Below, in pieces: positions 1-13,300 of a stretch of 64,000 bases of DNA (the stretch's first letter is position 1; the number at the start of each line of letters is the position of its first letter). Below the pieces are notes generated by a model that was given only the letters and a program-made list of their open reading frames with translations, searched no databases and was not told the DNA's origin. Both the position numbers and the translations under genes were made by a program. Source of the DNA: Hypanus sabinus (lineage: Eukaryota); contig NC_082727.1 of the NCBI RefSeq assembly GCF_030144855.1, positions 20,956,001 to 21,020,000 of the forward strand, given 5' to 3'.

Positions 1-39
1 AAGTTCTGTAATCACGATGTCTCTTTCCTTCTCTTCCAG

Positions 40-75
40 GTGACAGAGGACCAAGTGGCTCTCCTGGATCCAAAG
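40..75 (+). CDS. COL17A1: COL17A1-like exon (GDRGPSGSPGSK)
   Basis: 36 nt, ttccag/gtaaac, Gly-X-Y. Confidence 0.85.
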
Positions 76-3000
76 GTAAACTTTCCACCTCATCAGTTCC
101 TGCAAGGCCTCGGTGCTGAGTACGGGTGAATCTCCGTAGGTTGTTGCTGGCTTCATCTCTTCCTCCTTGTTTCAGGTGACACAGGAGAACGAGGACCTCG
201 CGGGGCACAGGGTGAGTCTCTGGTCCTTTTTGAAGCACGGTCCATTTCATGCTGCAGCCAGCAGTAGCTCGGGTAGCTTTGAGGCTGAAGATATGGGTGG
301 GGGTGTCCTCTCCTGGACGCATTCTGGCTTCTGTCTTTGGGAACATGCTGAACCCTGGAGAACTATCAGTAGCTAATGGCCGCACTGAGAGTTAATAGCA
401 CCCAACTTTGTCACGTCACATCCAGTACACGAGGCCGTTCAGCCTGCGGGTCTATGCTATCCTGTAGTAGACATCCTGTTGCTCCTCTCTTTTGCTCTGT
501 TTCCATGGCCCCTCCAAATTAATTGCAACTGCACCCTGAAGTCATTGAGTTCCAGACCAGCAGCAGCCTCTGTGCAAGTTTACCCTCTCTCCCCCATTCT
601 CCCCCATGGCCCTGCCCTTGCTGTTCTGGTTCTTGACTACTAGCCACTGGGAACAGCTTGGGTCTCTCCCCAATTCTAAACCCACCATGATCTCGTCCAC
701 TTGCATCAAATCTCCTGCCCTCTAGAATTTCTCTCTCCTCCCACCTAATCCTGGAGCTGAGGCCCCCTCCCTTTCCTGGGACCCCAGCACAGCCCCTCAG
801 CACCCTGCACATGAAGCGGAGGTAGTGTTCCATCCTTGGCCAGCTGACATGTTCCACCATATTTGTGGATCCCAGCACCCACCAGGATCTTTTGCGTTGT
901 ACAACCCTCCCCTTCTGTGCAAAACAGTACCAATCTAAGATGTTGGAAAACTCAGCAGGTCAGTCAGCATCTGTGGAGAAAGAACCTGATGAGTTAACTC
1001 TGCCTCTTTCCTTACAGATGATGCCTGACTTGCTAAATATCCCTCTCTGTACTCCCTTTCCACTGCCTGACCCTGAAGGCATGGAGCTTAAATCCCGGAG
1101 ACATAGTCCCTACAGAAAGCTGAAAGGGGAGGAGAAGATTTGACCAGTGATGATGTGACTCTGAGTACAGTGCAATACAGGCCTTTCGGCCCACAATGTT
1201 ATGCGACCTTTTAACCTACTTCAAGATCAATCTAATCATTTTCTCCCATGTAGCGCTCCAATTTCCTATTGTCCATGTACGTAAGAGTCTCTTAAATCTC
1301 CCTAATGTATCTGCCTCTACCACCATCTCTGGCAGTATGTTCCATGCACCCACTACTCTGAGTAAAAAAAAAACAACCTCTGCCATCCTCCTATATTTTC
1401 CACCAGTCCCCTTAAAATTGTGCCCTCTCATATTAGCCATTTCCACCCTGGGAAACAAATCTCTGCTGTGCTCTCGTCCCCCACCCCCATGCCTCTTATT
1501 ACGTTGTGTACACACCTCTATCACATCACTTTGAACAGGACCACCATCCCGGTCAATTTATTCTGCAAAATCCATTGGCTTCTGTCATTGGCGGTTTGGG
1601 ATCTAATGCAACACTCTCTCTGCCAATCAGAATGTAAACGGGGCCCATGTTGCTTGATTGACTAAACTGAATCGTCCAATCAGCAGCCGGGCCGTGTTTC
1701 CGTAGCTGCTGGTGATGGACAGTATGAAGAGCCATCACTGGCACCTCAACTTCCCTCCGTATGAGAGAAGGATGTTTACCTGCTGGAGGGAGAGTGGAAG
1801 GAAGAGATGATCAGGCCCACCCCAGGGTCTGGATCCTGTTCTGTAGGAGGGCAGGGCCGACCAGGGTATTGCAACATGAACAAAGTCACCGGAGAGACAC
1901 TGAAAGTAGTTTAATTGAACAAAAACGAGCAGCAGGTATCATATTGAGGCATTCTTGGAGGAAGAGGCCTACTTGGCCCAATATTAGGTGACATTTCATA
2001 TGCTAAAGATCAAAGGACAATTCTATAGTTACACAGTGCTTCCCTTGAACTACATGTAACTTTCACACCTCATTCTCCGCACCCACACTCCAGACACCCA
2101 GAATGAATGTTAATCAGCATTGTCTGCTTTTCAATTACCTGGCATCCACATGAAACTATTATCCATGTTCAGCTGGAAAGATTGGTTGCTGAAGCTAATA
2201 TTTTGCTCTATCACCTGACTCCAGAATACGCCCAACTCAGGGCTGCTCCACACTAACCGTCCTTCTGTTACAGGTGAAAGTGGTCCTCGGGGACCGCCTG
2301 GGGCCACAGGAGAGCCTGGCCAGAAGGGTGAGTTACTTTGTCAACCTCCCACCCTACCCTCACATCACCTCCCAGGGATCCCAGACCTCGGTGGTCTTGG
2401 TGGGAGGGGCATTGTCAAACCCCCTCCTGGGAGTGCTCTGACATTGGTGGTCATTAGAGGGAGGGAGAGCAAATGATGACCCTCTCCCCTCGTTATTCGT
2501 GGTTCAGGAGCCGGGCTGCCTGAACCCCTGGAATGGGCTGAGAGACCCAAATGTCTGCGTACAGGGGGATCAAAGCCAGTTGGGTAGGGGAGTGGGTGGA
2601 GTTGGAGTGGGAAGTGGGTGTGGAGTTGGGGGAGAGGGGTGGAATGAGTGGGGGGAGGGATGGAATGAGTAGGGGGAGTTGGAGTGGGAAATGGGAATAG
2701 AGTTGGGGTGAGAGGTGATGGGTGAAGAGGGGGTCGGTGTGAGGGTCACCTTTGTCTGTACCCAGCTCAAACACTCTCCTCCCTCACTCAGGTACAACTG
2801 GTGCAGATGGAATCCGTGGTCCCCGAGGTACGAGGGCTCAGGACTGAGGGCAGAGGGTGTGGGGGTGGTGTGAAGGCAAGGGAGGGTGTGGGGGCAGGGT
2901 GAGGGAGGATTGGGGGATTGTGAGAACAAGAGGGATGTAGGGGTACAGATAGCTAGAGGGGGGCAGATCCAAGGGGATGGGGGAAGAATGGGGAGAGTGG

Positions 3001-6000
3001 GAAGAGCAGTAAAAGAATGGAGGATATCAATATTACTTGATGATGGGAAATTAAATCTCACACAGCATGATAACAGGCCCTTCAGCCCACACAGACCATA
3101 CTAACCCATCTCCAAGCACTTGGCCCAGAGTCCTGGATACCAAACTGATCCCAGAGCTCATCCATACCCAGATCTCTACCCTCTCTACAGTGTGTCCTAC
3201 CTCCACACATACTCTCCGCAGTGTGTCCCAGGGGTTCCCACGTTCTCCATAGTGTGTACCACAGACACCCATTCTGTCCAGACTGTGCCCACTTTGCCCA
3301 CCCACTCCACAGTGTGTTCCACTTCCTCGTACTCTCTCGACCATGTCTCCCACCGCCCCCTCCCCACATTGTGTCCCCCTCCCTCCACCCTCTCAACTTT
3401 GTGTCCCCTCTTCCCCCACCCACTCCACAGTGAATTCCACTTCCTCGTACTCTCTCGACCATGTCTCCCACCGCCCCCTCCCCACATTGTGTCCCCCTCC
3501 CTCCACCCTCTCAACTTTGTGTCCCCTCTCCCCCACCCATCCCACATTGTCTCCCAGGGGCCCACTGCCCTCATGAAGGGTGAGGTTAGAAGTGTGGAAG
3601 GAGATCTCCTGGGATATCGGTTTGCACAAGTGGGACTGATGCTGAGAACCTAAACCCATGGCTAGGGTTTCCGAATGAGTGCTGACCGAGGTAAGGCAGT
3701 GGTGAGGGGAGTGGAACTTGGGAATTCTCTGTTGGGGAGACATTTGTGGATTATTTTCAAGGGCAGATATGGAGAGATCTGGTGTGTGGGGAGCGGAGGT
3801 GTCTGGGGAACAGGAAGGAAATGGGAACCCAGACCATTTCGGTGAAGGACCCTCCTGCTCCTGACTGTGGGTCACTCCATAATGAACACTTCCCACTAAC
3901 TGCTGCCCTCGTCCTCAGGTGAACAAGGACCTCGAGGGTTACCGGGAATGCCAGGAGACCCCGGAGCCCCTGGTGAGTATGGACTGTGCTGGGGGGAGTG
4001 GGGTGAAAGAGACCCCATGTGGGAGGGAGGAATGAGCCCTCCAGGGCACAGGCCCTTCGGCCCACTGAGATCATGAGACCATCAGCCATCCATGTATATT
4101 GATGCCATTCCACTCTCTGTACATCCCCATTACCCCCCCCCCCAGATTCTTCCCCTCACGCACACCCTGCGGGCAATTCACAGCAGCCAATTAACCCACC
4201 TCTGGAATGTGGGAGGAAACTGAAGCACGAGGGGGAGAATGTACTAACTCCATGCAGACAATGCTGGAGGTCAGGATTAAGCCCATATCTCTGGGGCTGT
4301 GAGGAAGCAGCTTTAGGGGCCACAGGCCATTAGTGCTCAGCCAGATCCCACAATAGTGATGTATTAATCGGTACTTAATCGGTGATTGGGGCCATCGTCG
4401 TCGTCATCAATGACTTTTCTGTTCTGAGATGGGGTCCGGGGTCCGTGGAAACGGCAGTGATGAACTGCGACACACTGAGAGTCCGGGCCTGTGCTTGCTC
4501 CCCTGTCTCAGTGTCACTCGCCCCTCCCTCCACACCTCAACCAATGTCACTCACCCAAACCCCAAACTCCCTCCCTCCCTCAAAGTCACTCCTTCCTCCC
4601 TCCTTCCCCCTTCCCTCACCTGTCTCTCTCCCTCCATCCTCCCACCATCATCCTTTTCCCCTCAATGTCACTACCCTCTACCTGTCCTACCTCCCTCACT
4701 CTCTCCCATCCTCCCTCAGCACTCCCTCCCTCAGATGTGTCCCTTTGTCCGCCCGGCCCTAGGGTGACGGTCTGTTTGTGGAGATAGTTCCAGGGGTGGG
4801 GTATGTTAGGCTGGGGAGTGGTCTGCTGGTATCGGGTGTGGGGGTGGAGGGGATTGATGGAGTGGGGGAGAACCTGTTGGGTTGTAGGGTGGTGGGGGGG
4901 GTAGGATCTGCTGGGACTGGGGTTGGAGTGATTTCATCCATGGTCTCACCGATCTGTTGTTTGCAGGTGAGCCCGGAACTCCAGGAAAGATCATCACTTC
5001 TGGAGGTGAGAGGGCTGGGTTCTGGATGTGGGGAGGTCATTCAGCCCATCAGAAGCCTGTTGTACATCGACAGTACAAGGCCATTCAGCCCCATTGAGAT
5101 GCAAGATTCTGCAGATGCTGGAAATCCTGAGCAATGCACACAAAATGCTGGAGGAAATCGTCAGGTCAGGCTGCATCTATGAAAAGGAACAGACAGTCGA
5201 CATTTGGGGCCGAGAGCCTTCATCAGGACCCGGTGAAGAGTCCCAGCCCAAAAAATTGACTTTATTCATTTTCATGGATGCTGCCTGACCTGCTGAATTT
5301 GTCCAGCATTTTGTGTGTGTTGCTCAGCCTCCACTGAGAGCCTGATGTTACAGGAAAAAGTCGAGATCATTCAGCCTATTGAGAGTCTGCAATATAGGAA
5401 AAATCAGAGGCATTCGGCCCATCAAGAGCCTGTTGTAACATAGACAGGACAAATCTTACAGCCAGCTGTACCTTCTCTGCCCACCTCTGTGGGCACACTA
5501 ACCCCAACGATGGGCCTTCAGTGATCAACAGCCACACCTTCACCCCACTTCATCCCCATCCATACACTCACCCCCCTGCTACATCCACACTCTCACACCC
5601 CCACCGTTCCAAGAGACTAACTGGTCCAGGTCCATGGCAGTGGCTGGAATTTCAACATTCCGGTCTGGATCGGGAAAGGTGTGACGTGGATTTACTTGCT
5701 TAAGCTCATCACCCCAACAGCAGCTTGCCCGGGTCCTCCGTTCAAAGCCTTTCAAACTTTCCCCAAGTGTAGCCAGTCTCCCAGGGGTGAGCTTCTATTG
5801 CCATTTCTGCAGCTCTGCGGTTTTTTTTTTGTAATTCAAAGTTTTATTATTTATTCTTATTTGACAAAGCAGCACAGCATATCATAGAGCAGATACAGTA
5901 CAGGACAGGAAAACATTCAAAACTAAGAAACAGAAAAAAAACTTCTAATTTAAGTTTAAATTAACATACAACCAAAACTGATCCCACGCATCTTGCACTT

Positions 6001-7355
6001 CTCCCTCACTGTTAATTCTTCCCAGCTCTGTGTTTTTATGGGTATGGGGTTGCTATCCTCCTTTCGCAGCCGGGCTGTGGTAGTGGGGGTGTCAGGAGGG
6101 CGGTTCGAATGGGGATGGCTGAATGAGGGCAAGGGGCAAGGAGAGAGTGTGGGGAGCGTGGAGTCACCCAGAGAATGGTGAGGCTGCAACCCTCCCATGG
6201 AATCCGTCCCTACCGAGTGACTGGGACTCAATGTCAGTGGATTTTCCCTCTGGACAGTGTGGGTTTGGTGTCTGTGGAGTTTCCATCAGGAACTGGGGTT
6301 CATAGAACAGTGCAGGCCTTCAGCCCACGATGCTCTGTCGACCTTTTAACCCACTCCAAAATCAACCTAACCCTTCCCTCTACATAGCCCTCCATTTTTT
6401 GTCCCTAATGTATCTGCCACCACATCAGGGTGTCCCAAGCACCCACCTCTCCTGTGTAAAAAAAAAAGAAACTATCTCTGTCATCCTCCCTCTACTTTCC
6501 TTCAAGCACCTTAAATTTATGCTTCCTCCTATCGGCCATTGCTGCCAGGGAAAGTGTCTCTGGCTATCCACTCTGTGGCCATCTTGTATGTTTGTCTGGG
6601 GGGGTTTGGTGTCCAGTGTCGGCTGTGTGCTGATGTCACCTCTCTCTCTGTCTGGTTCAGAGAAGACACTTGCCATATCAGGACCTCCCGGACCCCCAGG
6701 ACCTCCCGGACCCCCAGGACGAGCAGGTGAGTATCCAACGTGTTTGGGGGGGCTAGTTCTTGCCTTCCCCAAGGGGCCCAGGGAAGGAGGGGTTTCTGTG
6801 TATAGTACAGTCTGAGTGACTGGCAAGACCACCATATGTCTGCTGGCCCTGGAGTTCAGCTGCAGTGGGAGTTTACTCAGCAACTTAGCCCCGGTCTCTT
6901 AAACTCAGCAAAGTTCGCTTCATTCTCAAACTATAAAACAGCCATCCATGTCCAGTGCATACTCCTGTCCCTGCAGACCTACTGGCCCCAGAAGGTCTCC
7001 AAAAAGCAGGTGGACACCACGTGCTCTGCCTCCAGGGGCTCCTGTTTGGCAGGCCAATGAAGGGGTCCTCCTGACGGATGCAACACCCTCCACACCGGGC
7101 GCCCAATGAGGGTGGGGTGGAAGGTGTGACCAGAACCTAAGAGGTTACGACCTCTCCCACTCTATGTATGCTGAACTCGGACCCCACTGGGCTATCACTG
7201 CGGCAGCCATAAATGGTGTGAGGGGTCTTTAGACTGTGTCAGATCCTGACAAACTTTGTCTTACTCACTTGGAACTGGGTTTGACCCTCTGTTGTCACTT
7301 CTGAATTCTAACATCTTACTCCACCCCTCTTTCTCTCACTCTTCCTCACCCTCTA

Positions 7356-7390
<35 letters not shown>

Positions 7391-10300
7391 CTATCTCCCC
7401 CGTCTCCCCCCACCTTGCTCCATCTCTCCCTCATCTCTCTCTCACCTCCTCACCACCCGCTTCCTCTTGCTCTCTGATCTCTTATCTTTCATCCCTACCC
7501 CTCTCCCCACGTCCATCTCTCCCTCCACCACTCTCCCCTACGCTTCCCTCCTCTCTCCCACTCTACCCTTCCCCCTCTTCCCTACCCTATTCACCTTCTC
7601 TTGGATAATTCAGTGCCAGCAGGCCCAGACTGATATCATCCTGCCCATCTTTCCCCCACAGGTGAGAGTATCATTGGACCCCCGGGTGCTGAGGGACCTG
7701 CAGGCCCGAAAGGTAAGTGACTGATTAAAGGCTGGACCCCACCCACACCCTTGCTCATGATGCAGTGCACCTTCCCCTCCCTCTCAGCCAAAGCCTCTAT
7801 CTCCCTGCGGCTCCCCTACCAAGCTCCACATCCATTTCAAACACCAATTTAACCTCGCACTCATCTCCCCGGCACTACACTCCAATCTCCACCCTATTCA
7901 CAGACCACCATCCCTCCCTCGGTATTGCCCCTCCCAAAGTGGGTACCCCCCTCAGTATTACCCCCCACAGTATGCCCCTCCCACAGTGGGTACCCCAGTA
8001 TTGCCCCCCACAGTATGTCCCTCCCTTGGTATTACCCCTCCCACAGTGTGAATCCATGCCTAGGCCTGGAGTGGTTCTGTCTCAGGTGGCGTGTCCTGGG
8101 GATGTGTTGGGGGCTGCCCTCGATGTGGGTGGTGGTCCCATGATTGGGTTATGGTTTGGGAGGGAGTAAGAGTGCGTAATCCTTTCTGATGACATGGTCT
8201 ATTGCAGGAACCTCAGTGGCCGGCCCTCCAGGACGCCCCGGACCCGCTGGACCCCCTGGGCCCCCTGGACCACAAGGACACCAAGGTACACACCAACCAC
8301 TTTCAGCACTTCCACCCACCCTTGGGATGTTCCCTCAAACTCCCAGCTCTGTCCCTACCCCTCCCTCTCTCCGCTGACACTCTGCACTGGGTCAGAGCCT
8401 GCTTGAGCTGTGGCTTGCCTCATCTCGCTGGGCTGACTGTCGGACCACTCCATGGGGGTGAAAGTCTCCATTTCCAGAGTTTAATTCCAGAAATGCCCTC
8501 CAGCATTGCTGAAGTAACAGAAACCAGGGCTCCAGAGCCGGGGTCAGCGTGCCCTGACCACTGACCTGGCCTGTGGGCACTACACTGACCACAGCACTGG
8601 ACGGTGGGCTAAAGCCCACAACTGGTCACTGGGCAGGGGGCACTGGATACTGCATGTGGGGCAGGGTCAAATGTCCAGCAATGTATCAGAGCATTAATAT
8701 AAATGTTCCAACTAATTCCTTTGCAGGACTCCAGGGATATAAAGGTAAGAGCGGTGGTGGGAAACAATGGGCAGGGTCAGGGGGCATTCCTGGGGATGGG
8801 GTCAGGGGGAGTTCCCAAGGTCGGGGTGAAGGGTCGTTCCCTGGGCTCTGGTGATGAGATCTTCCTTCCTCTGAAGTGGGCTGGCGTATTGATTATCCCC
8901 GGGTTGGGGGAGGGAATGGGGGTGGGAGAGTGTCGGGGAGGGGGGAAGGGTTTGATCCTGGGTGGGGATCACTGACCCGGACACTGATTCTGTTCTGTTT
9001 TGTCAGGTGAGCGGGGTCATCCAGGGCAGCCAGGCATTCCTGCACCGGGTAAGTGTCTTCCCCCCCCACCTCCGCCCCCCGCCCCCCGCTCCAGATGCGC
9101 GGCTCTCTGCAACATATCCTCTCCCCTCCCCTTTCCACTATCCACTCCTTCCTCCTGCTACTCCCCATCCCCCTCCCATTTCCCCTCTTCCTCCTGCCCC
9201 TCCTTTCCGCCTCCCTCAATTCCACAACTGGACGAAGAATTTCTTTCCCAGACCTGTCCTCTGACCTGGACGTGCACCCCGCTCCGACACGGTCAGGAGG
9301 CACCCCCAGAGTGGACAGCCCATAGTGAGACCTTTACCCTTGACCCTTGATCCCGGGTTAGAAGTCAGGTGCCCAACATTTCCCAGCTGGGAGAGTGATG
9401 GCTGCAGAGCGAATGCTGAGCTCGGCACTGAATCTGGACAGCGATCCCCTCTGACAGTGCCTCCACAGTCAGTAAGGCCCTCTTGGTCAATGACACCCCC
9501 ACCTCAGACTCCGCTTTGGATAGTAATCCCCCTCAGAGAGTGACTCCTTGGACAAACACCCCCTCACCTCGGACAGTGATTCCCTCTCTCTCACTCCTTC
9601 TCTTGCCCCTAGATGGAGAGAGGCTCACCCAAGGGCCTCCAGGGCCCCCAGGACCACCTGGACCACGAGGATACAAGGGAGACAAAGGTCAGTGCCCCCG
9701 GGACTGGGTCAGAGCAAAGGGGTAGGGTGGTGTCGAGGGCTGGAGGAGGGTGAGAAAATGGAAGGGGAGGTGGGAGGGTGAGGAAGCAGAGGTAGTGAAA
9801 GGTGAGGTGAGGATGAGGAAAGGGGATGGGTGAGGGTGAATGAGAGGGGAGGGAAGGGTAAAGGAGTGATGTGGGGGAGGGTAAAGGAGGGGTAAGAGAG
9901 GGGAGGGAGAGTAAAGGAAGGGTGAGAGGAGGAGAGGGAGGATAAAGGAGGAGTGGGGGAGTGGAGGGCAGGTGGGAGGGGGAAGGGGACAATGATAGTG
10001 AGGGTGAGGGGAGGGAGGGTAAGGAGAGGAGAGGGAAGGGAGGGTAGAGGAGGAGAGGGAAGGGAGGGTAGAGGAGGAGAGGGGAGGGTGAGGGCAAGGT
10101 GGAAGGCTGGAGAAGGAGACTCCCTTCATACCCCTCTCACCTGTCCATAGCCCTTGCTCATTTTCTGTATCTCTCTGTTATCAGGAGAACGAGGGGACAT
10201 TGGAATCCCAGGTGCTCCCGGAATTCCCGGGCGATCTCCAGTCGGTAGGAATCTTCATTCTGCCCCCTTCCCTGCAACCTACCTCACCCTTCCTGCCCTC

Positions 10301-13300
10301 CTGACCCTGCAGCGTGGGGACTGGGGTGATCAGTTGCCAGGTCTCCCACTGGGCAGCCAGGGGTCAGCACCGTCCCACAGTTCCACTGGCCCCAACGCTG
10401 ACCCGACACCACAGCCAACATTAGTTCTTACACCCCATCGTTACAGTCCTGTTCAGCACCCTGTCGTTAACCCTTACACCCATCATCAGCATTCACACCC
10501 TGTCATTTCACACCTTACACCTGTGGTTAACACTCACACCTCATTGTTAACATTCACACCCATTGTTAACCCTTACACCACATCGTTAACCTTTGCATTA
10601 CTCTCTGCAAGTAATGATTCGCTTCACTAAATGACAGTAAGTACAGGAATCCTTTGAAGCTTATCCCTACACTGCATACATCTCCCCACTGGCGACATTG
10701 CCTGTCTCACCCTCTCTGTCCAGACCCACACCCTCTGAGGAGAAACCTCTCTCCACCTCTGCTCCAACTATCGACGATTGTTGTCTCGCCTCCCTATTCT
10801 GTAGCCCCTTTGAGGAAACAGGCCTTCCCGTTCACAGCTGTCACCCCTCGTGAATCTACACAACTCCGCAAGACCTTCCTCGCCCTCCTCCATCCCACAA
10901 TAACCCTGGCATCCAGTCTGGGCAATGTTCTTGTAAATTCCCTCGGCACTGTCACCTCTCCTGCGGTGAGGTGACCTGGACTGAGGCCGAGCTGGGATGT
11001 GCGGTTCCGGGGTAGCCTGCCTCTGCTGTGCCCACAAGGACCTGCAAGGATCTACAACGTACACAACCACGTCTCTCAACCTCAGCGCACCGTTAAGCCT
11101 TATCCCACCTCCCCACACACCTCACCTCGGATGTCAACGAGAAACTGTGCAGCCGGCCTCTGCATGGCAAGATCCCACATCCCAGTGTGGTTATCTGTCG
11201 CTGTCGGACAACTGGGAATGAGTATTTCCCCTGGTCTGCTGCATGAATGACGTTCCTCCGTGTATCTGTGGGTGGGGTGGCGGTGGAGGGACTTGCCGAA
11301 GAGAGGGATGGGGGTGCAGGAACTGACCAGGCTTGTGTCTCTACCCCACAGTTACTGGCAACGGAGGTATCCAGGGACCCCCAGGACCTCCAGGTCCCCC
11401 AGGTGAGTCCTCCCCCTGAGGAAGATAGTAAGGAACAGACTGGGTCTGTGGTCACGGTGTGAGGGGATCAGTGATGGTCCTCCTACACACCCCAGATAAG
11501 GTGCATACAGCTATTACCTGTACCAGTACACAGGCCGTCTAGAGCAGAGTTGTAGAGCCTATTCTCGGGGCTCCATTAAACATCTCCCTCCGGTTCGAGC
11601 CCTTATGTTCCTCTACGGCGGCTCCTCTCATAGAATGCCCTTCAGTCCATGGGATTTCCTTGATGGACAGGGTCAGGAGGAAAATATACCCCCTCTCAAA
11701 CCATTGCTGTTCGAAAGCACCATAACTGATCTACAACCTTACTCTCTGCCCTACGATGTTCCCTCTAATTTGTAATGACCAGTTTTAGCAAAAATCTTGT
11801 GCTGTGCAATCTTTCTTTGCCAAGGGACAACGAGCGCGCACTGAATTATGTCTTCAATAAAAAAAACAGTATAAATAAACCAGTTCTAACCTGCAGGCAA
11901 AACTCCATGTTGTCAACACCATCCACATTAGAAACAGGAAAGGAAACGTGATTGTGCACGATCGTGTAATATACTTAACATGACAACGAGGTGGAGGGTG
12001 ACAACCTTTTGTGCGCAGTTTAAATTCCTTTGTGCATGGGTAGCAAAGGATCTATGCATGTTACACCTGAGAAGGAACGTTGCTGCCCACTTCATGATCC
12101 CAAATCCTGTACAGGTGCCCCAGCCTGTCGATGACTGTGTGTGACAGCGGGGCGGATTGGAAGTTTTGGATGCACGCCTCTGTACGTTCTGCCGGTTTTG
12201 GATGGGTCCACGCAGTGTGATGTGTTTGCCTGTCAGGTGACAGAGGCTGGGGTCTGTGGGTTGATGTCCTCTGACTGCCTGTTCCCCACCTCCAGGTCCA
12301 CCGGGAGTCTCCGGCTCTGTTGGCCAAGTCAGGCAGCTGGTGATGGAGACACTCCAATGTAAGTACCACAGAGCGAGCCGTGGCTCGGGGAAGAGGTCAC
12401 AACTGGCCGCGTCGCCTTGTTCACCGTTTCAGACGTCGCCTAGCGAGCGAGATCCGCTGCTTCTGCTTCTTGGCGTGGGGAGGGAGGAGCTTGGGAGTGG
12501 AATTAGTCTCTGTGTTCTGGAAAACACATTCAGCACAGACGTCGGGAGTGGGATGTTTCCCAAGTGGCTGGAGGTGAGAGAACTTCCAACAACCCAGAAC
12601 ATGCACGACAGACCGAATGGCCTAACTTATGGGTCCTCCGGTACCCCGGTGTCTGTACACCGAGAGCTGCATCTCATCGGCCTGCGGAATGGCCCAGTGG
12701 CAGTGGTGGTGGGGTTGCTGGGTGCAGGAAAGTTGGGCAGGTCCGGTTGGGTACGTTGCCAGGGGCTCTGTGTCTGGAGTAGGGAGTTGTGTTTGGGTGG
12801 TGTTGTTAGCAGGTGGGCATGCTACCCTGTGACAGGAGCTCTGTGCCTGGGGTGGGATGTTGATGTTGGAGACTGGGTACATTACCTGGTGTGGCAGGAG
12901 CACAGAGAGGGTACAATGACCGGGAGCTCTGTGTCCATGGTGGGGTGCTGTGTTGGGGAAGTTGTGTTCCTGAGATATTATGTTGGGTGTGTGTGTTGGG
13001 GGTTGTTGATGGGTGGGTACATTACCCTGAGTCACAGGACTGTCCGCGTGCTGGGGGAAGGTTGGGCAGTTGGGGGAAGCAGGTTTCCCAGGAATTCTCA
13101 CTGTTCTGATTCCCATTTCAGCTGACGGTGTCTGGAATTCCTTGTCTGGCCCACCTGGACCACCAGGGCCACAGGGGCCAAAGGGTGAGCAGGGTACAGT
13201 GGGGCAACACCAGTACTCGGAGATTGCCAGCCACCTCATCGGCTACATTCGGGGTAAGTAAATGCTCCCGACGCCTCACCCTGAACCAAGCCCTGACCCC

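Noticed and set aside
3558-3579. ctcccag...gtgagg candidate small exon
   Set aside because: 22 nt would break the frame and it does not encode Gly-X-Y.
12340-13239. Long 261-aa and 205-aa ORFs, and other Pro/Ser/Leu-rich ORFs in the track
   Set aside because: They fall in low-complexity or GC-skewed collagen introns and show no recognisable domains.
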